Positions 48,921-59,083 of a DNA stretch of 64,000 nt are shown here, in pieces; within the stretch, counting starts at the first letter, position 1, and the number at the start of each line of letters is the position of its first letter. The stretch lies in assembly GCA_028719205.1 (NCBI GenBank), contig JAQUKH010000001.1, positions 1 through 64,000 of the forward strand, written 5' to 3'. The translations under genes and the position numbers were made by a program. The DNA is from a bacterium. Lineage in GTDB: Bacteria > JACRDZ01 > JAQUKH01. The notes beneath the pieces are model-generated. The model was not told the DNA's origin. It worked only from the letters and a program-made list of their open reading frames with translations, and searched no databases.

Positions 48921-50648
48921 TTAATCCCAAAATTCCCAGACTATACCACCCCAAAAATTACTTGTCGGCATTGGATAACCGCTGACCAGGGAATATTTAT
49001 TATCTAATAAATTATTCGCGGCTAAATTCATGGTAAATGACTTTGCCAGTAACATACCGATATTTAAATTAACAGTGTTAAAACTGCTTAAAAATGTATT
49101 ATTATCTCTGTCTACATAGCGGATTCCCTGGTATTCATGGCTTAACATAATGATCCATAACAGATCTCCGTCATATTTCCTGCTTTTATATGTAATATTT
49201 GTTCTGACTTTATTTTCCGGGCGATATGGCAAAGACATTTTTGTTTCTTTATCCTCGGTTATAAGATATGTGTAGATCGATTGTATATTTAAATTTTCAT
49301 TTATGTCAAATTTAATTTCAGTTTCAGCGCCTTTAGTTATTACAGATGATATATTTCTTGGTTGAAAGTAACCAAGACTGGGATCATAATCCCATAAAAT
49401 GAAATTATTTATATCCGCGAAATGTCCTGTTAAATTAACGGATGCAAAATCTGAAAATACATTTTTAAGGCCTGCAGTATAAACCCAGCCTTTTTCAGTA
49501 TTAAGGCCGGGATTACCTTTGTAATTACCGTTCTGCAGATAAAGATCATTTGTATTCGGAAAAGAAATACCCTGCCCGGCGCTTAAAAATAACGCGGTTC
49601 CGGGTTGTATTTGATAATTGATCTTAAATCTCGGGCTTTTTTCTTTTGCAAAAGAATAATTATTATCATGACGCAGTCCGATCAAAAATGCCATATTTTT
49701 GAAATTTATTTCATCTTCGTAATAAAGAGCGTCTTCTCTAGTTACGCGTTCAGTAGAATTAACCATCGTATAATTACCGTAGAATCTATTCCAATGATGT
49801 TCTTTACCGATACGAATGAGATGGTATTTCCCCATATTTTGTTCAATAATCTCTTCATTACCTTGAATAGAATTATTAAAAGTAAACATGCCATTTGAAT
49901 TGAGCTGCTCTAACCAATCATCATTTTCATAAAATCTGATCTTTAAAGCTGTCTTTGCCTGATGGGTTTCATATTTTAATTGAATATGCTTATCTTTATT
50001 TTTATCTGTCTCAATATCTATAGAATAAGGTGTTTCAATATTGTCCTCATATTTACCCGCAGTCAATGTAAACCAGGTTTTAGGGTCATAATACCAATCC
50101 ATTTTAGAATAAAAATTAACAGCATTATATTTATTGTATTTCTTAAAATCTCCAAAGCCATGTGAAAATAATTTATCGGCAAAAATAGAATACCGGAACG
50201 AACCATTCTGGTCGTTAAAATTAAACCCATAATTTTCCATGCCTGATGATCCCCACCTGCTGTATAAACGGGTATATGGTATTTCATTGTCAGCTTCAGC
50301 AGTAAAAATATTTATACTGCCGCCAAAAGCATTTGTGCCGTCTGAACCTGAGCTTATTCCTTTTTTAATCTCTATATTTTTAATAAGACCTATCGGGATA
50401 TGATTAACGTTGGCGGTACCATCAAGGGAAGAATTTATTTTTATTCCATCTAATGTTAGCAAAGTATGGTTGTTTGATAAACCCAGCAGGCCTATATAAC
50501 ATGGTAAACCGGGCTGGCCGAGATCTGTAATGTCAGCCCCCGTATAAAATCTAAAATAGTCTTCGGTTTTTCCTATATTAATATTTTCCGCGAAACTGAT
50601 CGATGGAAACAGGAATAATAAGATTAAATATAACCGGATATTTTTCAT
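48921..50648 (-). CDS. TonB-dependent receptor (BtuB-like) with shortened plug
   Basis: IKNIEIKKG...GTNAFGGSINIFT plug motif, GNPGLNTEK, NNLLDNKY...GYPMP. Confidence 0.85.
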   Translation of the reverse strand: MKNIRLYLILLFLFPSISFAENINIGKTEDYFRFYTGADITDLGQPGLPCYIGLLGLSNNHTLLTLDGIKINSSLDGTANVNHIPIGLIKNIEIKKGISSGSDGTNAFGGSINIFTAEADNEIPYTRLYSRWGSSGMENYGFNFNDQNGSFRYSIFADKLFSHGFGDFKKYNKYNAVNFYSKMDWYYDPKTWFTLTAGKYEDNIETPYSIDIETDKNKDKHIQLKYETHQAKTALKIRFYENDDWLEQLNSNGMFTFNNSIQGNEEIIEQNMGKYHLIRIGKEHHWNRFYGNYTMVNSTERVTREDALYYEDEINFKNMAFLIGLRHDNNYSFAKEKSPRFKINYQIQPGTALFLSAGQGISFPNTNDLYLQNGNYKGNPGLNTEKGWVYTAGLKNVFSDFASVNLTGHFADINNFILWDYDPSLGYFQPRNISSVITKGAETEIKFDINENLNIQSIYTYLITEDKETKMSLPYRPENKVRTNITYKSRKYDGDLLWIIMLSHEYQGIRYVDRDNNTFLSSFNTVNLNIGMLLAKSFTMNLAANNLLDNKYSLVSGYPMPTSNFWGGIVWEFWD

Positions 50649-50667
50649 TATTAAAATGGTTTATTAT

Positions 50668-51054
50668 TTACAGTAATGCAATAAATAAGAGGGAAAGAAT
50701 TGTTGTCATGATAATTATATCAGATTTGAGCATGCGTTTTTTTTCTTCATCTGTGCGTTTAAAATAATAATCTTCATAAAAGGAAATAATAACTTTGGGA
50801 TTTATTAATAATGTAGTTCCAAAACAAAAATATATAAAAGATAATATAAGTAGAAGCCATGTGAATTTAAAAGAATACTTATATACTGAATATAAAACTG
50901 TAAGACTTAATGAAAGGGGTAATAAGCCTACAGCGCGAACATACTTTAATTTTAAACAAAATTTAACAAAATTTTCCCAATGATCCGGAATAGTTAATTC
51001 AATGCCCAGCAAGACAAGATAAAATATAATTAAAAATGGAATTAAAGATTGCAT
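50668..51054 (-). CDS. Hypothetical membrane protein
   Basis: About four TM segments. Confidence 0.65.
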   Translation of the reverse strand: MQSLIPFLIIFYLVLLGIELTIPDHWENFVKFCLKLKYVRAVGLLPLSLSLTVLYSVYKYSFKFTWLLLILSFIYFCFGTTLLINPKVIISFYEDYYFKRTDEEKKRMLKSDIIIMTTILSLLFIALL

Positions 51055-51069
51055 AAATAAAAATCCTAT

Positions 51070-51726
51070 TTAGGGAGTAATGCCTCTTCTTAATTTAGCT
51101 ACATCCCAAGTGTAATCATACAAATGTAATCCTTTGCTTGACGCGATTATCTGGCCGTCTTTAACGCCGATCTCCTGCGCCATATATTCCTTCATTAATT
51201 GAATACCCGCGAGATTAGCGGGAAAACCGCCCCACAGGTCCCATGAACGAAAATATACTATAAAATGCAACGCGCCGTCTTTTATTCTTGTATCGATCAG
51301 ACGGAGGCATGGAGGATCTTCAAGATCAATGTCCTCCGGCCGGCCGACCTCCATAATGGCCTGATTTGTGCCATAACCATTTTCTTTATACATCTTTATA
51401 ACTTTATCCATTGAAATTACTATACGTTCACCGTAGGTATATTGTTCTTTTTCCTGTTTTGTACCGGTCATTAAGTATGGAAGATATTCATTAACATATT
51501 CCATAGTCGTGGGAGCCGGTATTCCTAAATGAGGGGGAATATCAGGTATTAAGGGCCGGTTACCCGGATATTTTATCTGAACTGTAATAAAATCAAATTC
51601 TCTTCTTTTTTGTCCTGCGTAACTTCCGCGGTTTATTTGATATATTCTGCCGGATTCTAAGATCCGGCTTATACACTGGAACCAGGCATCAGGGATATCT
51701 CTTGCTTGAATGAATTCTGTCAGCAT
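51070..51726 (-). CDS. thyA: Thymidylate synthase, short archaeal-like type
   Basis: YTYGER, PPCL, FRSWD, ANL, HLY; start reassigned to ATG 51726. Confidence 0.85.
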   Translation of the reverse strand: MLTEFIQARDIPDAWFQCISRILESGRIYQINRGSYAGQKRREFDFITVQIKYPGNRPLIPDIPPHLGIPAPTTMEYVNEYLPYLMTGTKQEKEQYTYGERIVISMDKVIKMYKENGYGTNQAIMEVGRPEDIDLEDPPCLRLIDTRIKDGALHFIVYFRSWDLWGGFPANLAGIQLMKEYMAQEIGVKDGQIIASSKGLHLYDYTWDVAKLRRGITP

Positions 51727-51792
51727 TATATTTATTTTCCTCAATATTTTTGAATTAAATTTTTGATATTATATCAAAAATCACTGAATTAT

Positions 51793-52830
51793 TCAACTAA
51801 ATTGTGCCAGTATTGATCTTTTAAACGGCGGACGAATTATTCCTTTTTCAGTAATTATCGCGGAAATATACTTATGAGGAGTGACATCAAATGCCGGATT
51901 TAAGATAACAGTTCCGTCGGGTGGTATTTGTTTTCCCATTATGTGCGTCACCTCTCTTGGATTTCTTTCCTCGATAGGAATGTGAGAACCATCAGGTATG
52001 GAAATATCTATTGTAGATAAAGGAGCCGCGACATAAAACGGTATTTTGTGTTCTTTTGCTAACACCGCGACACTATAAGTACCGATTTTGTTTGCCGTAT
52101 CGCCATTGACCGCTATCCTGTCGGCCCCTACTATAACACCATTTATCATTCCTTTTTTCATAAAATATCCCGCCATATTATCAGTAATAAGCACGTGAGG
52201 GATACCTTCTTCCTTTAATTCCCACGCGGTAAGCCTGGCACCTTGCATGAAGGGCCTTGTTTCATCCACAAACACCTTTATTTTTTTACCTTCGCTATGC
52301 GCTTTTCTTATAACCCCGAGGGCTGTGCCATAACCGGCTGTCGCTAAAGCTCCCGCGTTACAGTGTGTAAGTATTGTGTCATTATTTTTGATCAAGACCG
52401 CGCCGTATTTTCCTATTTTTTCATTTATCGCGATATCTTCATCATATATTTTAATCGCTTCAGCAACTAATAATTTTTTCAAAAAGGGAACCGGATGGCC
52501 GGAATTCTTTATAACAAGATCATTCATTCGCCGGACTGCCCAAAAAAGATTTACGGCGGTAGGCCTTGTTTTCGCGATAAATTCAGATATTTTCTTTATT
52601 TCTGAAATAAATTTCTGTTTATCCTCAGTTTTAGTTTTTAAACCGCCTAAAGCGATCCCAAACGCGGCCGCTACACCAATTGCGGGAGCACCGCGGATCT
52701 GCATTGATCTGATCGCCTCTGCCACTTGTTTATAGTTGCTGCATTTAACATATATCTTTTTAAGCGGAAGTTTCTTTTGGTCTATTAAACACACAGAATC
52801 TCCCAACCACTCAATTGTTTTTATATTCAT
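51793..52830 (-). CDS. mtnA: Methylthioribose-1-phosphate isomerase
   Basis: IRGAPAIG, RPTAVNL, THCNAGALAT, ETRP, ANKIGTY. Confidence 0.95.
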   Translation of the reverse strand: MNIKTIEWLGDSVCLIDQKKLPLKKIYVKCSNYKQVAEAIRSMQIRGAPAIGVAAAFGIALGGLKTKTEDKQKFISEIKKISEFIAKTRPTAVNLFWAVRRMNDLVIKNSGHPVPFLKKLLVAEAIKIYDEDIAINEKIGKYGAVLIKNNDTILTHCNAGALATAGYGTALGVIRKAHSEGKKIKVFVDETRPFMQGARLTAWELKEEGIPHVLITDNMAGYFMKKGMINGVIVGADRIAVNGDTANKIGTYSVAVLAKEHKIPFYVAAPLSTIDISIPDGSHIPIEERNPREVTHIMGKQIPPDGTVILNPAFDVTPHKYISAIITEKGIIRPPFKRSILAQFS

Positions 52831-52854
52831 AATTTAATATTTCCTTTTATTATT

Positions 52855-53676
52855 CTAAAGTTTTTCAATTACTTTAACAACTACTTTTGTAAGTTTTGGT
52901 TCGGCTTCATTAGCTATTTTAATAATTTCTGTAATATCAGCCGGTTTCAAACAGTCAGGAAAACACTGGTCAGTAACAATTGAAAGGCCCAATATCTTAA
53001 AACCGCAATGCACGCCTACAATTACTTCCGGTACTGTTGACATCCCTACTACATCCGCTCCGATAAGACGTAAAAAGCGGTATTCAGCTTTCGTTTCCAG
53101 GCAAGGCCCGGTCACTCCGACATAAACTCCATGCTGGATCTTTATCTTTTCTTCCCGCGCTATTGTATCGGCGAGCTCGATCAATTTTTTATCATAAGGT
53201 TCTGACATATCCGGAAATCTCGGGCCAAGCCTCGAATCATTTGAGCCAATTAAAGGATTATGCCCCATAAGATTTATATGGTCGGTAATGACCATGACAT
53301 CTCCTGTTTTAAATTGCGGATTCATCCCGCCGCAGGCATTGGAGATTATCAAATGTTTAGCGCCTAGGGCCTTCATTACCCTTACAGGAAAACTGACTTC
53401 AACAGCGGAATAACCTTCATAAATATGTAATCTTCCCTGCATAGCAACAACATTTTTATTGCCGATCTTACCTAAGATCAATTCGCCGTCATGGCTTTCT
53501 ACAGTGGAAAGCGGGAAATGCGGGATATTTTTGTAAGATATAACAGTTTTATTTTTTATTTCATGGCCTACCCCGCCTAATCCTGTACCTAAAATTATCG
53601 CAATCTCAGGTTTAATGTTTTTAACCGAATTGATGTAATTTTTAGCTTCTTCTACTTTCGTGAATAAATCGCTCAC
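52855..53676 (-). CDS. Purine nucleoside phosphorylase (PNP/MTAP family 2)
   Basis: GTGLG, QGRLH.YEG, NACGG, GMSTVPE, IVTD; GTG start. Confidence 0.9.
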   Translation of the reverse strand: MSDLFTKVEEAKNYINSVKNIKPEIAIILGTGLGGVGHEIKNKTVISYKNIPHFPLSTVESHDGELILGKIGNKNVVAMQGRLHIYEGYSAVEVSFPVRVMKALGAKHLIISNACGGMNPQFKTGDVMVITDHINLMGHNPLIGSNDSRLGPRFPDMSEPYDKKLIELADTIAREEKIKIQHGVYVGVTGPCLETKAEYRFLRLIGADVVGMSTVPEVIVGVHCGFKILGLSIVTDQCFPDCLKPADITEIIKIANEAEPKLTKVVVKVIEKL

Positions 53677-53706
53677 TGGAATCTCCTTTCTTTATTAAAG
53701 TAATAA

Positions 53707-54009
53707 TTAATGTTTTAATTTAACTGCCAAATCAACTAAAGATTGTACTAAAAAAGAATTTAAAAAATATATTATTATAAAAACTATAAAAGGCGAAATA
53801 TCAATTCCAATATTCGGGATCGGGATATGGCGCCTTATCGGACGCAGCACCGGTTCAGTGACTTTATACAAAAATTGTACTATCGGATTATATGGATCCG
53901 GATTTACCCATGAAAGAATAGCTCTGGCAATAATAATCCAGTAATAAAAACTTAAAACCATATCTAATATCTTTGCTATCGCGCTGATAAAATTACTTAA
54001 AATAAACAT
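53707..54009 (-). CDS. yggT: YggT family membrane protein
   Basis: ILSWVNPDPYNP, TEPVL.PIRR, IDISP. Confidence 0.93.
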   Translation of the reverse strand: MFILSNFISAIAKILDMVLSFYYWIIIARAILSWVNPDPYNPIVQFLYKVTEPVLRPIRRHIPIPNIGIDISPFIVFIIIYFLNSFLVQSLVDLAVKLKH

Positions 54010-54012
54010 AAT

Positions 54013-54828
54013 TTATTCGCCCCTGCTTAATTCTTTTGATCTTTTACACGCCGATTCGACCGCGGAAATAAGAATTTCATGTAAAGATCTTTCTTCCATA
54101 ACTTTTAAGCCTGCTAATGTTGTTCCTCCGGGCGAGCAAACCGACTTTCTGAGTTCCTCGGGCTCTTTGCCCGAATTTAACGCTAATTCCGCGGAACCTG
54201 ATATAGTCTGCAACACAAGTGTTTTTGCCGTGTCCCTGGGCAATCCCTGCCTTACACCTGCCTCGATCATTGCTTCCATTATATAAAAAATATATCCCGG
54301 CCCGCTTCCGGATATCGCGGTTACTATATCCAGATATTTTTCATCAATTGTTACCGCCTTCCCGACTGACCGGAAAATACTTAACGCGATCTCTTCTTCC
54401 ATATAACTCGCATACCTTCCCTTTGATATCGCCGCCATGCCTTTTTTTATTAACGCCGGAGTATTAGGCATTACTCTTATAACCGGGATTTCTCCGATCT
54501 CCTTTTCTATCGTCTCAGTTGTTATTCCCGCGGCAATAGAAATTACCATTTTGCCTTTTAAAACATCTTTTATTTCCTTTAAAACCTCTTTTATGTTTTG
54601 TGGTTTAACAGAAAGAACAATAATATTCGCTTTTTTTACCGCGTTTTCGGGATCAGTTTCTGTTTTGATCCCATACTTATTTAATAAATAATCCAATCTT
54701 TCTTTTTTTATATCATTCGCGATAATATTATTTTTTTCGGTTAATCCTGACCCTAAAACACCGCCAATTATAGCCTCCGCCATATTCCCCGCGCCGATAA
54801 AAGCAATCGTTTCTTTAAGCATTCCCAT
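54013..54828 (-). CDS. proC: Pyrroline-5-carboxylate reductase
   Basis: IGAGNMA, VKPQ, RVMPNTP, SGSGP, SPGGTT; start reassigned to ATG 54828. Confidence 0.95.
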   Translation of the reverse strand: MGMLKETIAFIGAGNMAEAIIGGVLGSGLTEKNNIIANDIKKERLDYLLNKYGIKTETDPENAVKKANIIVLSVKPQNIKEVLKEIKDVLKGKMVISIAAGITTETIEKEIGEIPVIRVMPNTPALIKKGMAAISKGRYASYMEEEIALSIFRSVGKAVTIDEKYLDIVTAISGSGPGYIFYIMEAMIEAGVRQGLPRDTAKTLVLQTISGSAELALNSGKEPEELRKSVCSPGGTTLAGLKVMEERSLHEILISAVESACKRSKELSRGE

Positions 54829-54915
54829 TTTACCTTTCTTGTGAAAATATTTCAGATATTCTATACGATTTTTCAATATCTGGCAACAATTAAACTATTT
54901 TAGCATTTTTGATCT

Positions 54916-55593
54916 TTATCCAAATATTCCTCTTCCTATCCTTACGATATTCGCTCCCTCTTCAATCGCTACTTCAAAATCGTCTGTCATTCCCATAGAG
55001 AGATATTCTATTTTCTTTCCAATGCAATTCTCCAGATCTGTCAGGAGTGTACGCAGTTTTTTAAAATACGGCCTGGCGTTTTCAGGGTTATCTGATATTG
55101 GCGCCATTGTCATCAATCCTTTAAGTTCAAGTTGTGGTAAATTATAAATATTATTTGCCAGTTCCTTCAAATCTTCAGGAGTTATGCCATATTTTGATTC
55201 CTCTCCTGAAACATTTACCTCAAGAAGAACTTTCATTTTCTTGTTGGCGCTTAAAAGTTTTGAATTTAGTTCTTCCGCCAGATGTAAACTGTCTATTGAG
55301 TGGATCCAGTCAAAGATCTCTACCGCTTTTTTGATCTTATTAGTCTGTAAATGCCCTATCATATGCCACTCGATCGGGAATTTTAAGTTAGAATATTTTT
55401 TTTCCGCTTCCTGTATCCTGCTCTCGCCGATATCGTTAATGCCTTCTTTAATGGCTTCTATTATCTTATCATCCTGAACATATTTCGTTACAGCTATAAG
55501 TTTGATCTCACCGGCATTTCTACCCGCGCGATCTGAAGCGCTGATTATCCTTCTTCTTATATTCCTGATATTTTCTTTTAATTTATTATCCAT
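54916..55593 (-). CDS. yggS: PLP homeostasis protein YggS
   Basis: AVTK, WHMIGHLQTNK, LSMGMT.DF, VRIG; start reassigned to ATG 55593. Confidence 0.94.
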   Translation of the reverse strand: MDNKLKENIRNIRRRIISASDRAGRNAGEIKLIAVTKYVQDDKIIEAIKEGINDIGESRIQEAEKKYSNLKFPIEWHMIGHLQTNKIKKAVEIFDWIHSIDSLHLAEELNSKLLSANKKMKVLLEVNVSGEESKYGITPEDLKELANNIYNLPQLELKGLMTMAPISDNPENARPYFKKLRTLLTDLENCIGKKIEYLSMGMTDDFEVAIEEGANIVRIGRGIFG

Positions 55594-55597
55594 ATTA

Positions 55598-56374
55598 TCA
55601 CATCCACGCAAGCGACATCATTCTTCCGGTTTTGCCAAGGTCTCTGCGGTGGGAATAAAATTGGCCAGGCAAACAAGAAGTACAAAGGCCGGTTTTGTGT
55701 ATATTTTCTTTTTCCAATCCGGCTTCACGCAGCAATAAAGAGTTTATTCCAACCAGATCAAAATATATTTTATTGTTTTTTCTTTTTATCCCGATTTCTT
55801 TACCTTTAAAAGCTTCTTTAGTTTTATTGGCCAGATCATCATTAATTTCATAACAATCTGAACAGATCGCGGGCCCCATGACCGCGTGACAATCTTTAGC
55901 TTTTGTATTAAATGCTTTTGTCATTCTATCTAAAGTTTTAGTAACTAGAAAAAGAAGCGTCCCCTTCCATCCTGAATGAATGATCCCAAAAGCTTCATTG
56001 ATCGGGTCGTAGATCAGGATCGGCAGGCAATCCGCAGTCATAATAGACAAAACCGTTTTTTTTTCTTTAGTAACCAGCGCGTCCGTCCCTGGTATCAAAT
56101 ACAGATCATTTTCTTTTATCTCAACAATATTATCCCCGTGTATTTGTTCGGGGAGATAAACATTATTTCCATTACAGCCCGCGTTTTGATAAAATATTTT
56201 CCGGTTATATTCAACCGATTCCCTGTTATCCCCGGTATTGAAACTTAAATTTGAGGAATTGCGGGTGCTGATAATAAAATTAATTTTATTCTTAAATATA
56301 TCCGGAATTAAATTTAGTACTTTATAATTTGGGCTGTTACTGTTTTTTTCCATTTTTGGAATTTTCATCCGCAA
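55598..56374 (-). CDS. pgeF: PgeF/YfiH family protein
   Basis: QIHG, TADCLP, HSGWKG, FYSHRR; true start may be 56353. Confidence 0.92.
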   Translation of the reverse strand: MRMKIPKMEKNSNSPNYKVLNLIPDIFKNKINFIISTRNSSNLSFNTGDNRESVEYNRKIFYQNAGCNGNNVYLPEQIHGDNIVEIKENDLYLIPGTDALVTKEKKTVLSIMTADCLPILIYDPINEAFGIIHSGWKGTLLFLVTKTLDRMTKAFNTKAKDCHAVMGPAICSDCYEINDDLANKTKEAFKGKEIGIKRKNNKIYFDLVGINSLLLREAGLEKENIHKTGLCTSCLPGQFYSHRRDLGKTGRMMSLAWM

Positions 56375-56660
56375 ATCTTAATTTGAGATCATCAATCATA
56401 TTAAGTATATTATTTTTTACTTGTTTATCTAATAAACTTTCAATTTGCTTATATAAAGCTTCCATGGAATCAATCGCTATTTTAGCCTGATCAAGTTCTC
56501 TTTTCCCGCTGATATCCAATTTTCCTTCAGGATTCGGCACATGACCCATATAGTGCAGCGAAAGTGTTCCAAGAACTACAATATAATTTTGTAATATTTC
56601 CGTTACCTTCGGCGGGCCTTTATATTTTTTTGATTGATCTCCTTTTTTCTCTTCAGTCAT
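56337..56660 (-). CDS. DUF1844-like protein
   Basis: MGHVPNP, LDQAKIAID, LKLRF. Confidence 0.7.
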   Translation of the reverse strand: MTEEKKGDQSKKYKGPPKVTEILQNYIVVLGTLSLHYMGHVPNPEGKLDISGKRELDQAKIAIDSMEALYKQIESLLDKQVKNNILNMIDDLKLRFADENSKNGKKQ

Positions 56661-56720
56661 AGTTGCTCCTCATTTGTGTTATTTAAAAATATTATATCAT
56701 ATTAAGTTACATAGCCTTGA

Positions 56721-58367
56721 TCAAAATTCCATTTCACAAAGTTTTTTAAATCCTATTTTAAGGGGTATTATCAATACCGCGAGATTAAGCAAAAATACCG
56801 CGATAAATGAGAAATAAATTCCCAGTGTTGCCTTAAATGAAAGTTGCCGCCCGAATACCTCAGCCCATAATATTCTGCTTACAGGATGCGCCTCCAGAAT
56901 AATTACGGCTCCGATAAAAAAAATAGAGATCAACATGCATACCAATCCTCCAAAGCTCGAAGAAATGGAACTTCTATTTTCAAATTTTAAAACCGGAAAT
57001 ATTATTCCCAGTGAAATGGACAGCGAAGTCAGCCCTGATGTTAAAAATATAATAGTAATAAATGATAAATAAAATACAAATTTATCAGTTTTTAATATTA
57101 TATTAGTTACACAGATCAATATTATGGATAAAATAAGCAATGGGTAAAAATTAAAAATATATTTACTATATAAATATTTTTTCAAACTGAAAGGAGATGC
57201 TTTTATCAGCATTAATGAGGCTTTTTCCGTACTTATGCAGGGAAAAGCAAACCGGACTGAGATCGCCGATAACACAAATCCGGCTAAACCCAGGTTTATA
57301 AATGAAAGCAGGTTTTTTAAATATAAGGTCGGTAAAGGCGATTTTTCCAAAGGAAGCGCTGAAAAATTAAAAATATAGACTATTACAAGAGATAATAGTA
57401 AAAAAAGCTGTGACCACTGGGATGGATCACGAAAAAATATTAATAGATCTTTACGAATAATTGGATTCTTTATTTTATTAAACCACGGCAAAGTAATTCT
57501 TTTTTGTCTGCCTTCCTGCGCGTTAGACCAACTGGAAAAGAATAAACGGCTTACAACTTCTAGCATTATCATATAAAAAAACAACGCGTTAATCCACAAA
57601 AGTGAAAAATAATACAGTATTTCTTTATTAAAATAATCCTTATCCATTAAATAAGTAATAATTTTTATTATCCAGGTAGTCGGCAGGAAAATGTTATCTG
57701 CCGATCTTAATGTCGCTAAATAACTCGTGAGCGTTAAAAACTTTTCAGGATCGACAAATTGTTCAGGTTTTAAAAATCTTATATATAAGTAAAATCCAAT
57801 TCCAAAAGTTAATCCTAAAACAAATAATATCCATTTTGTCCGCCTGACGGAAAATAATTTCGCAAGTATACCTGTAGTTATAACACCGAATAACGAAGCG
57901 ATAATAACAAAAGGTATAAATGACGAAAAAATAATAATATAAAACATAATATCCGCGTTTATTACTCTTCCAAGGCTGTAAAATACCGGCAGGCTGAAAA
58001 AAATGATCATCCATGAACTTTGGACAAATGTTTGCCAATATTTCATATTTACTATTCTATAATATGATACCGGTGATGCCAAATAAAGGTTAACATCTGA
58101 TGACAGGTAAAATGTGGATAATCCCGTTATTATATTGCTGAAGTAAATAAAAGAAAAAAATGTTAGAAAAATGAGCGAAAATAATTTTATTATTAAAAAT
58201 TTACCTATAATATCTGTTTTATTGAAATAAAGTAATATCTTAAAGAATATAAGGTAACTTCCTATACTAAAAGCCAGCGCGAGGGAAAGAATGAAAAGGA
58301 TCTTGATCATTTCCTTCTTTCCGCCAAAAATTATCCTGTTTTTTAAAGCATAAATACTTGTTATCAT
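56721..58367 (-). CDS. Putative ABC transporter permease
   Basis: Many TMs, KDLLIFFRDPSQWSQ; follows the ABC ATPase. Confidence 0.85.
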   Translation of the reverse strand: MITSIYALKNRIIFGGKKEMIKILFILSLALAFSIGSYLIFFKILLYFNKTDIIGKFLIIKLFSLIFLTFFSFIYFSNIITGLSTFYLSSDVNLYLASPVSYYRIVNMKYWQTFVQSSWMIIFFSLPVFYSLGRVINADIMFYIIIFSSFIPFVIIASLFGVITTGILAKLFSVRRTKWILFVLGLTFGIGFYLYIRFLKPEQFVDPEKFLTLTSYLATLRSADNIFLPTTWIIKIITYLMDKDYFNKEILYYFSLLWINALFFYMIMLEVVSRLFFSSWSNAQEGRQKRITLPWFNKIKNPIIRKDLLIFFRDPSQWSQLFLLLSLVIVYIFNFSALPLEKSPLPTLYLKNLLSFINLGLAGFVLSAISVRFAFPCISTEKASLMLIKASPFSLKKYLYSKYIFNFYPLLILSIILICVTNIILKTDKFVFYLSFITIIFLTSGLTSLSISLGIIFPVLKFENRSSISSSFGGLVCMLISIFFIGAVIILEAHPVSRILWAEVFGRQLSFKATLGIYFSFIAVFLLNLAVLIIPLKIGFKKLCEMEF

Positions 58368-59083
58368 TTTTCAGTGAGTTTAAGAAATACCTCTTCGAGA
58401 TTTTCATTTGATTCAGCTTTACTTTGTAATTCATCTAAGGTCCCTACCGCAATCAGTTTTCCTCTATAAATAATACCTATCCTGTCGCAAATTTCCTGAG
58501 CCAAAGATAAAGTATGAGTAGACATGAAGATCGTTACACCCTTTTTAGCAAGCTCAATAAAAATATTTTTAACAATTTTACTGCTTCTGGGATCTAATCC
58601 GACCATAGGTTCATCAACAATAAGGACCTTGGGTTCATGTAATAAGGCGGAGATCATAATCAATTTTTGTTTCATCCCGTGTGAGTATCCTTCTATAAGG
58701 TCATTAGATTCATATGATAGATTAAATAGATCAAGGAGCTTTGACGCTTTACTTTCTATTATATCTTTGTCGATATTATAAAGTTGCCCGAAAAAATATA
58801 AAAATTCCCATCCTGTAAGTTTTTCATATAAAAAAGGTTCATCAGGTATTAATCCTGTTATTTTTTTAGCTTCAATAGGATTTAAGGAAATATCAATATT
58901 ATCGATGGTAATATTTCCTGTTGTCGGTTTTAACAATCCGGCGATCATTTTTATAGTTGTTGTTTTACCCGCCCCGTTTGGGCCTATAAATCCGAATATT
59001 TCACCTTTTTTAACATTAAGATTCAGATCATTAACCGCCGTTACATTATGATATTGTTTAGAGAGATTAATAATATTTATCAT
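58364..59083 (-). CDS. ABC transporter ATP-binding protein
   Basis: GPNGAGKTT, YSHGMKQK, DEPMVGLDP. Confidence 0.93.
   Translation of the reverse strand: MINIINLSKQYHNVTAVNDLNLNVKKGEIFGFIGPNGAGKTTTIKMIAGLLKPTTGNITIDNIDISLNPIEAKKITGLIPDEPFLYEKLTGWEFLYFFGQLYNIDKDIIESKASKLLDLFNLSYESNDLIEGYSHGMKQKLIMISALLHEPKVLIVDEPMVGLDPRSSKIVKNIFIELAKKGVTIFMSTHTLSLAQEICDRIGIIYRGKLIAVGTLDELQSKAESNENLEEVFLKLTEK

Noticed and set aside
51070..51726. Phage-type dNMP hydroxymethylase
   Set aside because: Housekeeping context with no phage genes; the dUMP-specifying Asn (PANL) is present
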